DNA of 64,000 bases from Eledone cirrhosa (Eukaryota): positions 35,712,001 through 35,776,000 of the forward strand of contig OZ024745.1 of assembly GCA_964016885.1 (NCBI GenBank), in the 5' to 3' direction. The translations under genes were made by a program, and so were the position numbers. The notes beneath the pieces are model-generated. The model was given only the letters and a program-made list of their open reading frames with translations. It searched no databases and was not told the origin of the DNA. Shown piece by piece: positions 52,412 to 64,000 of the stretch (its first letter is position 1; each line of letters opens with the position of its first letter).

Positions 52412-52554
52412 ATGACCTATGTGGTTTTCTTGACTTCTACATCCTAAAGCGCGATACTATTTGGCAGGATTTGACGACCAATGAGTTGTATTTAGCCTCA
52501 TTGTGTAGCAGAGCAGAAAGAAACGAGAATGAAAATGTGTGCGAACCTTTCAAG
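52412..52554 (+). CDS. Candidate host exon 3 of 3
   Basis: Branch-like CCTGAT at ~52382, acceptor ctcactctttcAG and donor AAG|GTATGG. Open frame DLCGFLDFYILKRDTIWQDLTTNELYLASLCSRAERNENENVCEPFK in otherwise stop-rich DNA. Confidence 0.45.
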
Positions 52555-52734
52555 GTATGGATTTTAAAGAGTTAATAGAGAAACTAGAGCTGAACAAAAT
52601 CAGTTAAGAATTATATTGTGGAAAAGGAATTGAAATGACGCATAAAAAAAGGATGTGAAAAAGGCAAAGAGCGATTAACATAACATTTCAATAACAACAG
52701 CAATGAAAGGGCAATGATGACGATAATAATAATA

Positions 52735-53345
52735 GTTTCTACATTTGTTATAAAGCCAGTACTTTGAAGGGAAGGAGTAAAGTCAGTTAACCCCCCAAGT
52801 ACTATGTAGCTCTCTAACCACGATAGGATTTGAACTCAGAATGCAAACCGTGGTAAGTATATGCAGCAAAGAATGGTGTCTGACGTTCTATCGATACTGC
52901 CACACCACCACCCTAATAATAACAACAGCAATAATAATAATAATGATAATAATAATAATAATAATTGTTTCTACTTTTGGCACAAAGCCAGCAATTACCC
53001 AGTACATTACTGGTACTTTATTTTATCGACCCCGTAAGAATGAAAGGCAAAATTGACATCGGCGGGATTTGAACTCAGAATGGCAAAGGCTGTACCACTA
53101 TGCGGCCTTTGCCATTCTGATAATAATAATAATGATTTCTAGTATAGGCACAAGGCCATTAAATTGGGGGAGGGTAAACTCGATTAAATCGAACCCGGTA
53201 CGTTACTGGTGCTTTATTTTATCGTCCTCGTAAGGATGAAAGGCAAAGTTAACCTGGTGGGATTGAACTCAGATCATAAAGGGCCGTAACTCTATGCTGC
53301 AAAGAATGGCGTCCGACCCTCTACCGATACTGCCCATACACCGCC
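52735..53345 (-). mobile_element. Three SINE copies (degenerate 52735-52905; truncated 52965-53095; near full 53135-53345), each with an (AAT)n tail
   Basis: ACTGGTACTTTATTTTATCGACCCCG...GAAAGGCAAA...GGATTTGAACTCAG motifs. Confidence 0.8.
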
Positions 53346-54119
53346 TTAATGATGCTAATATCACAAAGTAATTCCCAGAACTGCCTTTTAGATTTATATG
53401 TGCCAATGTTTAGCAAACGAATAAATGTGAATCGATGTCTCAGAAAGAAAGAGTATGATGAATAAAAAAAGTAGAAATTGAGAAAACTTATGAATTTAAT
53501 TGAAATAGTTTCGCTTAGCTCAAAAATTGTTTAAGTAGAGGGAAGATAAATGATTTTTTTGAAATCAAAAGACATTTACATATTGCATTAACTCTTTATA
53601 TGTTTTAATTAGAGAAATAAGTTGTAGTAAATGAAAGTGTAGAAAGTAAATTAATATGTAAGTATTATATTGATAAATGAATAAAAATGTATGAAGATCT
53701 GTCAACAAGTGAAATGGTAAGAAAATGAATATTGCAGAAACCTGTTAATGATATAATAATTAAGTTGAATAATAATATGGTATATGAAAAAGAAATATGG
53801 CGACAACTATTATATAAAACTATTTAAAAACATTCAAATAGTTTTGCCACGAAATGCAGTCGGTATGCTGATTGAAGTAGAGTGCATTCATTTGCTTGTT
53901 GGAAGTCTCAGTTTCAATCATGCGGCCACTATAATTTCCAACCAAGCGTTTGCAGATAGCCCCCCTCCCTCTCCCTCTCTCTATTTCACTCTCTCTCTTT
54001 CTCTGTCTCTCTCATCTTTCTCTTTCTCTCTCTTTCACTCTCTCTCTCTTTTACGCCTGGGAGATTTGAAAGAAACTCTTCGAGATGTTGAAAGCAAAAC
54101 ATAGGAATCAAGAGTATAC

Positions 54120-54318
<199 letters not shown>

Positions 54319-54319
54319 T

Positions 54320-55566
54320 GGTGTTAGCATTGCAGGCGACATAGCTAACTTATTCATGGTATGGTGGGACAGTAGACTTAAACTTAAACTTAAAGAACAA
54401 TTAGAAGACCCCATAACCCTGATAATGTACTCCCGCTACGTTGATGATATGAACATCGTAGTTAAAACACCCCCACTAGAGAACAGTCAGGAATTAGAGA
54501 AAAACACAATGGAAAGCATCCAGCAAATAGCTAACTCCATCCACCAGAATATTAGAGTTACTATAGACTACCCAAGTAAACACTCCAACCATCGATTACC
54601 TGTACTAGACACAGAGCTCTGGTTAGATACCATTAATAACAAAAAACAAATCCTCCATTCCCATTATGACAAACCTATGACTTCCAAATATCTGATCCAC
54701 CGAAACTCAGCTGTTTCGGACCATACCAAAATCAACATACTGATTGCGGATTTGGTACGGGTCATGAGAAACGTGTCCCGCATGTGCAACCGCGAAGAAC
54801 TAGAGAGACACATACAACACTTCATCCACCGTATGCAGTTCTCTGGTTACAATCAGAGAGATAAAATCAGAGTATATAGAGGAGCCAGAACCAAATGGGA
54901 AAAAATGGTAAATAATGACACAAAAGGGACCTGCCCCTTGTATAGGAGCACATTTTGGAATAGAATAGGAAGAACTAGGAATAAGGCTAATAGAATAAAC
55001 TCATGGTATGATAGCAATAAATACCAGAGTGTAATTTTCATCGATACAACCCCTAGAGGTGAATTAGCTTACAAATTTAGAAGGGCCCTAGACAAACATA
55101 AACTCAATATTAAGATAGTAGAAAGACCAGGTACCTCCGTAAAAACACTTATTAGCAAGACATACCCTTTTCAAAGACCCACCTGTATAGATAAGAAATG
55201 TATAACCTGTAAATTAAGCCCCCATATTAACTGTAAAACTAGAAATGTAGTATATAGCATAAGATGTACTGAAGGACAATGTAGAGACAAAAATATAGTG
55301 TACATAGGTGAGACAGCTCGTAGTGTAGGGGAACGGATAAATGAACAGTGGCGAGACCTTCAAGATAGTAAAGAATCATCTGTACTCTACCAACATGCTA
55401 AAATAGAACATAAGGGTAAATTAGAGAACATAGAAATAAAAATAGAATCTACACACAGAAAAGACGCATGTTTAGACAAATCACAGAGGCAATAAACATA
55501 AAAGAATTACAACCAAAATTAAATAGAAAATATGAGTGGAACAGCAACATCACAACTTACAATTAA
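54320..55566 (+). CDS. PLE RT (motif 4 onward) plus GIY-YIG endonuclease, with one frameshift near 55470
   Basis: GVSIAGDIANLFMVWWD, YSRYVDD, LPVLDTELW, HYDKP, C..C..C...CKTRNVVYSIRC...VYIGETARS..ERI.EQ. The C-terminus FRQITEAINI..LNRKYEW continues in another frame to TAA at 55564-55566. Confidence 0.9.
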
Positions 55567-55767
55567 GGACAAAATGAAAACTCACACGCACATAGAACAA
55601 ACAACCAACCTGTAACATGTAAATAAACAAATAAATAAACGAATATAAACACACAGAGAAACGTGGATGTGGCGCATGCGCAGACTGAGCACACAACACA
55701 CACACAGAAACAAAATGGCGTAGGACAGAATAAAGGAGAGGCACAAAAACAAAGAAAAGAATCCCCA

Positions 55768-55810
55768 GTCACTGAAGAGGTCACAGAATGTGTGACGAAA
55801 GAACTTTGAC
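55768..55810 (+). ncRNA. Minimal type-I hammerhead ribozyme
   Basis: gtca-CTGAAGA-g-gtcaca(gaatg)tgtgac-GAAA-g(aa)c-TT-tgac; minimal stem III typical of PLE HHRs. Confidence 0.8.
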
Positions 55811-56209
55811 AATATATAAACAACCATCTGATTATGGAACCAACCAACCAACCAACCGGAAATCTATAAATTACTAAATTTATAGATTTATTATAATAAA
55901 TTGAAGTGAAAGCACTGGTGCGTGTGTTTCTTATTGGCAACATGACCCTCCCAAAGTATAACAATATCGGTTTCAACACACGTTTTCAGATAAAGAATCT
56001 TGCTAAACAAATTCAGAAACGAAATATATATATATATATATATATATATGATTATATGTGTATAGGTGTATGTATGTATTCATGATTATAATTATAATAA
56101 AAAGGATGGAATATCGGCAGCATAATTAGAGCATCGGGAAAACGCTTTGCGTCAATATATAATAATGTAAGTATATACATACATATATATATATACACAT
56201 TAATATGCT

Positions 56210-56243
<34 letters not shown>

Positions 56244-56590
56244 GATAAATCTACCAAGAGTTTACGGTAGTGTCCAATCCGTATGAAGAACTCAATGTAT
56301 TCCGGATATCATGGAAAGAAGAGATGCAATGAAAAATCACTTTCGGTGAAAGATAAACGGAATACAGAGTCAAGATAAAATATTTAAAAAATAATGAATA
56401 AAACAATGAAACAGTTCCTTATATTAAACAAAAAAAGTTCATTATTTAACGATCGTTTCTAGGATATATATGTGTTAGAATTGGCATGTATATTCAACAG
56501 ATCTATGTACAAAATTATACAAAATTATACAAACTATCAAGATTAAATATACATACCAAACACACATATATGCCGTCTTCAGAAATAATC

Positions 56591-56635
<45 letters not shown>

Positions 56636-56641
<6 letters not shown>

Positions 56642-56971
56642 GTAATCTGAGTTTTTCGAATATTAATAATAACATTCGATTCGTTTGCTGTTATGCAAAC
56701 AAGCCTCAGTATTATAGCCATGTCAGTAGAATGAACCCTTCATTCTTGCTGTTGTGTTGGCATGCGAACAGAACTGCAGACACTGCGAGCTGTACTGATG
56801 GAGGGTGATACGCAGAAACATTAGTGTCTGCAGTTCTGTTGGCATACCAACACAAGAGCAAGAATAAAGTGTTTATTCTACTGACATGGCTATACAATTG
56901 AGGCTTGTTTGCAAAATTGCAAACGAATTGAATGTTATTATTAATATTCGAAAAACTCAGATTACATTTAT
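56636..56971. mobile_element. ~335-bp foldback next to (TA)n with a degenerate hammerhead at its apex (56788-56835, +)
   Basis: Arms ATAAATGTAATCTGAGTTTTTCG... and ...CGAAAAACTCAGATTACATTTAT. Apex reads agctgta-CTGATGG...GAAA-ca(ttag)tg-TC-tgcagtt. Confidence 0.8.
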
Positions 56972-57495
56972 TGAATTCAGCCATGTAGAGCGAATTTTAT
57001 ATATATATATATATTGAAAGAGGAGAGTTACAAGGTAAACATTTGTGAAAAGGTGTAATATAAAATGACAAGAATGACAGATTATTACCTTAGCAATTTA
57101 TTATACGGAAAATCTTTCGGATTTACCATCCAATATCAAGGGGGATCCGCAGAGGTGACTTCGCTAATATCGGAAATTGTCTTTCATGGTTGTTGTTTAT
57201 ATAGATTTTGTGTTTAAAAAAATAAAATGAAATAAAACCAGCGAAACACACCTATATACACACACACACACACACACACACCCACACAAACACATATATA
57301 TAGATATAAATATATATATATATATAAGAAGAGAGGACCCCGCCCGACGGCTGAGCTCCGGCCGTGTCGACAGCTAGATCCGATATATATATATACAAAC
57401 TTTATCAGCCCTCTTCAGTTTTTGTCCCCGTAAATGTTATTACTATATATATATATGTATGAATGAAAAATGGCGAGCTGTGTTGTTGCAAATAG

Positions 57496-58076
57496 AGGAA
57501 TTAGAAATATAAGCCAGGAATATCTGTCATCAGTGGTATACTAGCCATCATAGGTATTTCTTCGCATTATAGACCATATACCTCAGGCTAGGGCGATGCA
57601 ATAACTAAAATAAGTTATTGGGATAAAAAGAGTTGGGTGGAGAAAGAGAGACATGTAAACAAACACGAATGGCGATGCAACGTAAACAGAGGAAAAATGA
57701 GAAAATGAAGTCAATAATTCATTTTGAACATAAGAACGTACGAATATTGACGAGAAGGCGAAAGACACACCTTGGCCGTGCGAATGTGAGCGAGGAAAGA
57801 ATTTCGTACGGTGTGGGACGATGGAGGAAGGGAGAGACTGGGTGAGTAGCAGAGAGTGAGTGAGTGAAAGTGTGAGGAAGAGGCTAACCGAGAGAGGGTG
57901 ACTAGCAGAGGGGGGTGAGTGAAAGTAAGGGGGATAAGCAGAGAGAAGGGGAAGAGAAAAAGAGGATAGCAGTAAGGGAAGAGAAAAAGGTATATGGTCT
58001 GTAATGCGAAGAAATACCTATGATGGCTAGAAAACCACTGATGACGGATAGTCATGGCTTCTATTTCTAATTCCTC

Positions 58077-58077
<1 letters not shown>
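57496..58077. mobile_element. Element with ~90-bp terminal inverted repeats and purine-rich spacer, next to (TA)n
   Basis: 57496-57583 is the reverse complement of 57988-58077; each arm contains CTGATGA. Confidence 0.75.
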
Positions 58078-58128
<51 letters not shown>

Positions 58129-58205
58129 GAGGAATTAGAAATAGAAATTGAGCCACAACGTGTCCGGTTGCCACATATATATCTATGACTTTATGTATAT
58201 GTAAA

Positions 58206-58273
<68 letters not shown>

Positions 58274-58836
58274 CATATATATATATGTATGTGTGTGTAT
58301 AGATGAGTGCGTGTGTCTGTGTGTGTATGTATAGTTGGACATACTCTAACATTGCCAAATTGCCATATATTTTACACACTCAAAATAACTTCAACGCACA
58401 TATACAGTACACGCATTAAATCTTACATCCACTCACACATAGATGTCCACTACCACATATCACACGGATATACGCATAGCACACACTAACTTTGATAGTT
58501 TACACGATATAATTTAAAAAACACGTTTAAACATACACTTGCACTCACACATAATATCGCCACTAATACGTACATGCTTCACTTTAGGTTTCAGAATCGT
58601 TATTTAGACTACCTAACGGTTTGTCTTGTTTACTCTCTATACTTTTTGTTCATGATTTTTTTTATTACTTTACTTGGACTACCTTTTATTTTCTGTATCT
58701 GCCGTTTAAGACCCTGTCCATATTCTTGTACTCCTCTAGAAGGGCTAAAACCCAACACGTCGAACATTCTTTCCCCGTTTCCATATAAAGCGTGAAACTA
58801 ATGAGATTTTCTCTACGTCTGTTTGTTTTTTCCTTG

Positions 58837-58897
<61 letters not shown>

Positions 58898-58899
<2 letters not shown>

Positions 58900-59034
58900 T
58901 AGTAACACAACAGTTAGTTCACCATACCCAGAAGACCTTGCGGATCTTCAGCTCGGCACCCTCAATCCGAGCTGAACATCCGCAAGGTGATACAATTGTT
59001 CTCGGTATGGTGAACTAACTGTTGTGTTACTACT
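58898..59034 (+). other. Long hairpin shaped like a degenerate hammerhead (CAGAAGA...GATA-CAATTG-TT)
   Basis: A 31-bp outer stem agtagtaacacaacagttagttcaccatacc/ggtatggtgaactaactgttgtgttactact and an inner stem ccttgcggat-cttcagctcgg/ccgagctgaa-catccgcaagg; it starts directly after (TA)n. Confidence 0.65.
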
Positions 59035-59112
59035 CCTACCTAACACTCGTCCCATGGGCTGAGTGCTCTACTACGACGGATATAACCATTTAACCCTCCA
59101 GTGTTCTACCTT

Positions 59113-59199
<87 letters not shown>

Positions 59200-59293
59200 C
59201 GAAGGAGGTGTGGCAAGGAACCAGATGGCCCATAACGCACCAGATTACTCATTACTTAGGGTAGTAGAGTGGGTAATAGGAAAATATGTAACA

Positions 59294-59373
59294 CCGACGG
59301 CAGAGCTCAAGCAGTTTCGACGGATATTTCTGTCCAGAAATAGCCGTCGAATCGGCTTGAGCTCTGCCATCGG
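59294..59373. repeat. ~80-bp GC-rich hairpin between (TA)n tracts
   Basis: ccgacggcagagctcaagc..tcgacggatatttctg / cagaaatagccgtcga..gcttgagctctgccatcgg. Confidence 0.8.
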
Positions 59374-59398
59374 GGTTAAACATTTTCATATATATATA

Positions 59399-59492
<94 letters not shown>

Positions 59493-59617
59493 CATATTTA
59501 TATGTATATTATATGTGTGTGTATGTATATATATATATGTATGTGTGTGTGTTAGGTAATTCCGAATATAAGGCAAAGGAAAAAAGAGTGCTCTATGTAT
59601 AGAACATAGCTATTTAA

Positions 59618-59819
59618 TTAGAAATTGAACAACACAAAATATAATTACTCCATTACCAAAGGTTTCACGATCATAGATGTTAATAATATAAATCTCGTTT
59701 CATATTTTTTATCCATGACATCTCTGTCTGACGACCGATCCAGACGTATATTATTATCGTCTATGATCCAGAAACCTTTGGTAATGGAGTAGTTATATTT
59801 TGTGTTGTTCAATTTCTAA
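59618..59819. mobile_element. ~200-bp foldback carrying a hammerhead (59722-59789, +)
   Basis: Arms TTAGAAATTGAACAACACAAAAT... and ...ATTTTGTGTTGTTCAATTTCTAA. HHR: ctctgt-CTGACGA-..gatc.agacg...cgtct.gatc..-GAAA-cc(ttt)gg-TA-atggag. Confidence 0.8.
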
Positions 59820-59974
59820 ATATATATACATATATATATTTGTAAAAGTTCTATTTAAAATTGTTGGGATACAACAAGTAAATATTTTATAACTGATATA
59901 AAGCACTCGACAAGTTTTTGGAGTAGATATACGATATTAAATAAATGGAAACTATATTTATAAAACCATATTTA

Positions 59975-60035
59975 TTTCATTATACATATTTCAGGGATAC
60001 CAAATTAAAATATGGTATGCCTTCATCAGACAAAA
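59975..60035 (-). ncRNA. Type-I hammerhead ribozyme
   Basis: Reverse complement: ttttgt-CTGATGA-aggcatacca...tggtatccct-GAAA-tatgta-TA-atgaaa. Confidence 0.8.
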
Positions 60036-61495
60036 TACAATATATAAACAGTTTTATAAATAATTTTGTCGTACCCTATTAGATGCAACCATTATTTTTG
60101 GAAGCTGTCTGGATAGTGAGATGTTTATAATTATTTTATTAGTTATAGTGTTAAACACAGTTAGAAAAAGACGGAGAGAAAGAAAAAACGGAGAGAGATG
60201 AGGATAGAGAAAAAGAAGGAGAGAGAGAAAAAGAAAACCTGGAGAAATACCGGAGAGAGAGAGAAATGTATGTAGAAAAGAGAGATATAAATAGATAGGA
60301 GGAAATAAAAAAGTAAGAAAAAAGGAAGAAATAAGAAAAACAAAAGAAAGCAACAGAGAGATAATAATTCATCATATAGATAGAGAAACTCAAGAGAGAG
60401 GTAATACTGTATAGAGAGAGGGGGATATAGTGACAACTTTACGTCATGTCATATTAAGTTGAGTTAACAATTCATATGAAATGAATAATAAAAATGTAAA
60501 TAGCAATATTCATGAATGGGACATAGATATATAATATGAGAAAATAACATTGTTCAATAATGACCATATGTTTAGTTTAAAATCTTGAGGTCAATATACC
60601 AAAATCTGAGTTAAAACCTTCAAAAAACCTTCAAAAAATACCCTATTTATAAAAATACGGATACAAATATGTATATATATATACACACATATGTACGTCC
60701 TGAAAAAATAAAATTGTGTACTCCAGTCAATAATATAGACACACAAATGATTTCACTTGATTCATTCTATACATTTCTTGTGTTATAAAAATTTCACAGT
60801 ATATATACATAAAAATACGATTAATATTCATGTCCTCATATATATGATTACCGTTCATGTATTTAATATTATGCATATCTGCAACACACATCCACATATA
60901 CACACACAACCATATATACACATACATATGTATAAATAAATATCTGCGTGAGTCTTCCAGCATCGTCATGCATATATACAGACATATATACAAACACATA
61001 AATAAACCCTATAAAACCTTTATATGCATGTTAATACACACATATGGCCTTTGTATAGAGATTAATCAAATATCAATATATTAATATAGAAATATCAAAG
61101 CATTAAATATCTTTAAAACACTATAGAGTATCTCAAGTTAAAATAATATGTTTTATATATTTATTATAGAAATCTATCCTATCTATATCTCAAACAAGAT
61201 ATTGCAAGGGTAGACATATGAAAGTTATTAGAAGCTATCAGAGTCAAAACAAATAAAAAATAAAAATAATTTAAAAGATTTAGAAGACTCAGTGATTCTA
61301 CAGATACCCTTATATTTAGTATAGAAATTTATTTTACGTATATTTTATTTAATACATTGGGAGCATATACATTTTAGAGTAGTTTATTATATCCTTGCTT
61401 ATATTTAGGAAGAAAGTTTAAAATGAAAAAGGTGAAGGAATCTAATGATTTATCGTCAGGTTTCATATATTAACTAAATTTCGTAATTAATTATA

Positions 61496-62836
61496 CTACA
61501 TTTTAAATTTATATTTATATTTAAACGTTGAGTTCAATCTATGTCTGCAGCAACTGAATAAATTGCTCCTTAAATTAAGGGAATTTTTGGACTTTAATAT
61601 AAAGAATATTTCTTCTATACAAAGATCACAACTCTCTGAAGAGGAATTAAAAGGAGTACCTTTGAGACAATATTCCAAATCATCGAATATTTAATATTTT
61701 CTCGTTTAAGGTGCCAGAGTAGGCTAGATAGCGAAGTTGAGGATTTTTTGTTTGGATCTGTGAAAGAATTCTTATGATTATTGAAGCGAAGTTTAAATTC
61801 TGTCGAGGTGGAACCAACATAGTTGAAAGAATTTAAATTAGTTTTAACATTACAATTGTACACTACATTTTTAGCTAAGCAGTTGTTATTTAACGGACAG
61901 TTAGATTTATTTCTACAGTTACAGTTATTTAATTGAATATTGTTTGAGTTATTATTGGTATTTTGGTTAGGTTTTAAATTACCTATTATTAATTCTGTTA
62001 ATATTTTGTGCTAAATTTTTGGTGGACGAGTAAGTTCATTTTTTAGTGTGTCTATTAAAAATTGAGTGATATTTATGTGTTCTAGGGAAGCGTTTGTCAA
62101 GAGCATTAAAGAATAGTTTAGCAATATGGCTTTTAATATTTAGTGAGAAAGGGGGGGCAAACGATAATATATTTCTAGTTCTATTTCTTTTTCGGCTTTT
62201 GGAATTATTGTAATGTTTTCTATTATAGTTGTTAAAGTTGTTACCGTAATTAAAATTGTTATTATTTTGGTTAGTTTGCTTATTATTATTATCGATGTAT
62301 TTAATTTTATCTCTATATCCTGCTCTAGCTAATGCTTCATTGTAATACTGCGCTTTTTCATCAAAAATATTTTTATTAGATGAAATTCTTGAAGTTCGTT
62401 CTTGAACAGAGTTCACTATAGTATTTTTAACAGATCTGGGGTGATTAGAGTTAAAATTGACATAATTCAAGTTCTCATTTAGTTTGTGAAATGGATAATG
62501 AAGACATGTGTTGAGATTTAGTGTTACATCCAGAAAATTGACTATTCTATGGTTATTCTCTATTTCTATTTTTAGATTAAGGTAATTAAAAAATTGTATA
62601 ATTTGTTTTCTTTTTCTATTTAGTTCACAGCTATTATTTTCAATAAGTAAAAGCATGTCAACACGTTATAATCCTCCGGTTACACCTGGTATTTTTCTAT
62701 GTAGCGAGTTAATTATAAATAGGCCCACAAGGTCCGTTACCTGAGCTGAGTCTGATGATCCCATAGTTATGTCGAAATTATTATCTCTATCTGCCCTAGT
62801 CCATAGTTGGTTATTAAATTCTATCAATGTTTTCCT
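61496..62836 (-). pseudogene. PLE RT plus GIY-YIG endonuclease, with stops and frameshifts
   Basis: FDITMGSSDSAQVTDLVG, GL*RVD (GLYRDD-like), VNFLDVTLNL, SNHPRSV, FAPPFS, CNCRNKSNCPLNNNCLAKNVVYNCNV...YVGSTSTEFKLRFNNHKNSF, CDLCIEE and CCRH. Confidence 0.92.
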
Positions 62837-64000
62837 TGATAAATCATTAGATCCCTTCACCTTTTCCATTTTAAACTTTCTTCCTAAATATAAGCAAGGA
62901 TATAATAAACTACTCTAAAATGTATATGCTCCCAATGTATTAAATAAAATATACGTAAGATAAATTTCTATACTAAATATAAGGGTATCCGTAGAATCAC
63001 TGGGTCTTCTAAATCTTTTAAATTATTTTTATTTTTTATTTGTTTTGACTCTGATAGCTTCTAATAACTTTCATATGTCTACCCTTGCAATATCTTGTTT
63101 GAGATATAGGTAGGATAGATTTCTATAATAAATATATAAAACATATTATTTTAACTATAGTGTTTTAAAGATATTTAATGGTTTGATATTTCTATATTAA
63201 TATATTGATATTTGATTAATCTCTATACAAAGGCCATATGTGTGTATTAACATGCATATAAGGGTTTTATAGGGTTTATTTATGTGTTTGTATATATGTC
63301 TGTATATATGCATAACGATGCTGGAAGTCTCACGCAGATATTTATTTATACATATGTATGTGTATATATGGTTGTGTGTCTATTTGTGGATGTGTGTTGC
63401 AGATATGGATAATACATGAACGGTAATCATATATATGAGGACATGAATATTAATCGTATTTTTATGTATATATACTGTGAAATTTTAATAACACAAGAAA
63501 TGTATAGAAGGAATCAAGTGAAATCATTTGTGTGTCTATATTATTGACTGGAGTAGACATAATTTTATTTTTTCAGGACGTACATATGTGTGTATATATA
63601 TATATACATATTTGTATTAGTATTTTAATAAATAGGGTATTTTTTGAAGGTTTTTTGAAGGTTTTAACTCAGATTTTGGTATATTGACCTCAAGATTTTA
63701 AACTAAACATATGGTCATTATTGAACAATGTTATTTTCTCATATTATATATCTATGTCCCATTCATGAATATTGCTATTTACATTTTTATTATTCATTTC
63801 ATATGAATTGTTAACTCAACTTAATATGACATGACGTAAAGTTGTCACTATATCCCCCTCTCTCTATATAGTATTACCTCTCTCTTGAGTTTCTCTATCT
63901 GTATGATGAATTATTATCTCTCTGTTGCTTTCTTTTGTTTTTCTTATTTCTTCCTTTTTTCTTTCTTTTTTATTTCCTCCTATCTATTTATATCTTTCTT

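Larger units (their letters stand above)
54319..56026 (+). mobile_element. 5'-truncated Penelope-like element (a second lineage) with 3' hammerhead, ending in (TA)n
   Basis: Largely intact ORF, HHR at 55768-55810, and a 3' end GAAACGAAA followed by (TA)n. Confidence 0.9.
59840..64000 (-). mobile_element. 5'-truncated PLE (3' end at ~59840) fused at ~62837 to an inverted copy of its own 3' UTR that runs off the window
   Basis: 62837-64000 is the reverse complement of ~60277-61454. The ORF relic lies at 61496-62836, the HHR at 59975-60035, and (TA)n on the left. Confidence 0.92.

Noticed and set aside
58728-58772. ctctagaagggctaaaacccaacacgtcg as a hammerhead relic
   Set aside because: Both core boxes would need several mutations; too degenerate to call.
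62837-62869. ATG start of ORF 62666-62869 as a true PLE start
   Set aside because: The first codons come from the inverted 3' UTR arm; the RT is truncated at the junction.

Overview
This is an animal genomic window, most likely from an octopus. That assignment is an inference from the recurring tRNA-like SINE, the AT-richness and the (TA)n/(CA)n/(GA)n load. No prokaryotic genes, CRISPR or rRNA/tRNA genes are visible. Bases ~1-31.5 kb are almost entirely three G/T-rich tandem arrays with 32/26-bp, 15-bp and ~33-bp units and kb-scale higher-order repeats; the long ORFs there are repeat artefacts. Bases ~31.5-64 kb are densely packed with retroelement relics. These include at least four 5'-truncated Penelope-like elements (PLEs) with RT and/or GIY-YIG endonuclease remnants, one RTE-like and one APE/CR1-like LINE relic, and several SINEs. 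The most striking signal is about a dozen type-I hammerhead ribozyme (HHR) motifs that I could fold by eye, most lying near (TA)n tracts. They occur within a size series of tail-out inverted (foldback) elements, from coding PLEs with an inverted 3' copy down to 200-640 bp non-coding HHR palindromes. Several HHRs share non-canonical cores (U4A; C16.1 opposite A15.1). Three frame-compatible candidate host exons on the + strand (one a 17-nt microexon) are tentatively proposed. All structures were read manually, and coordinates are approximate to a few bp.
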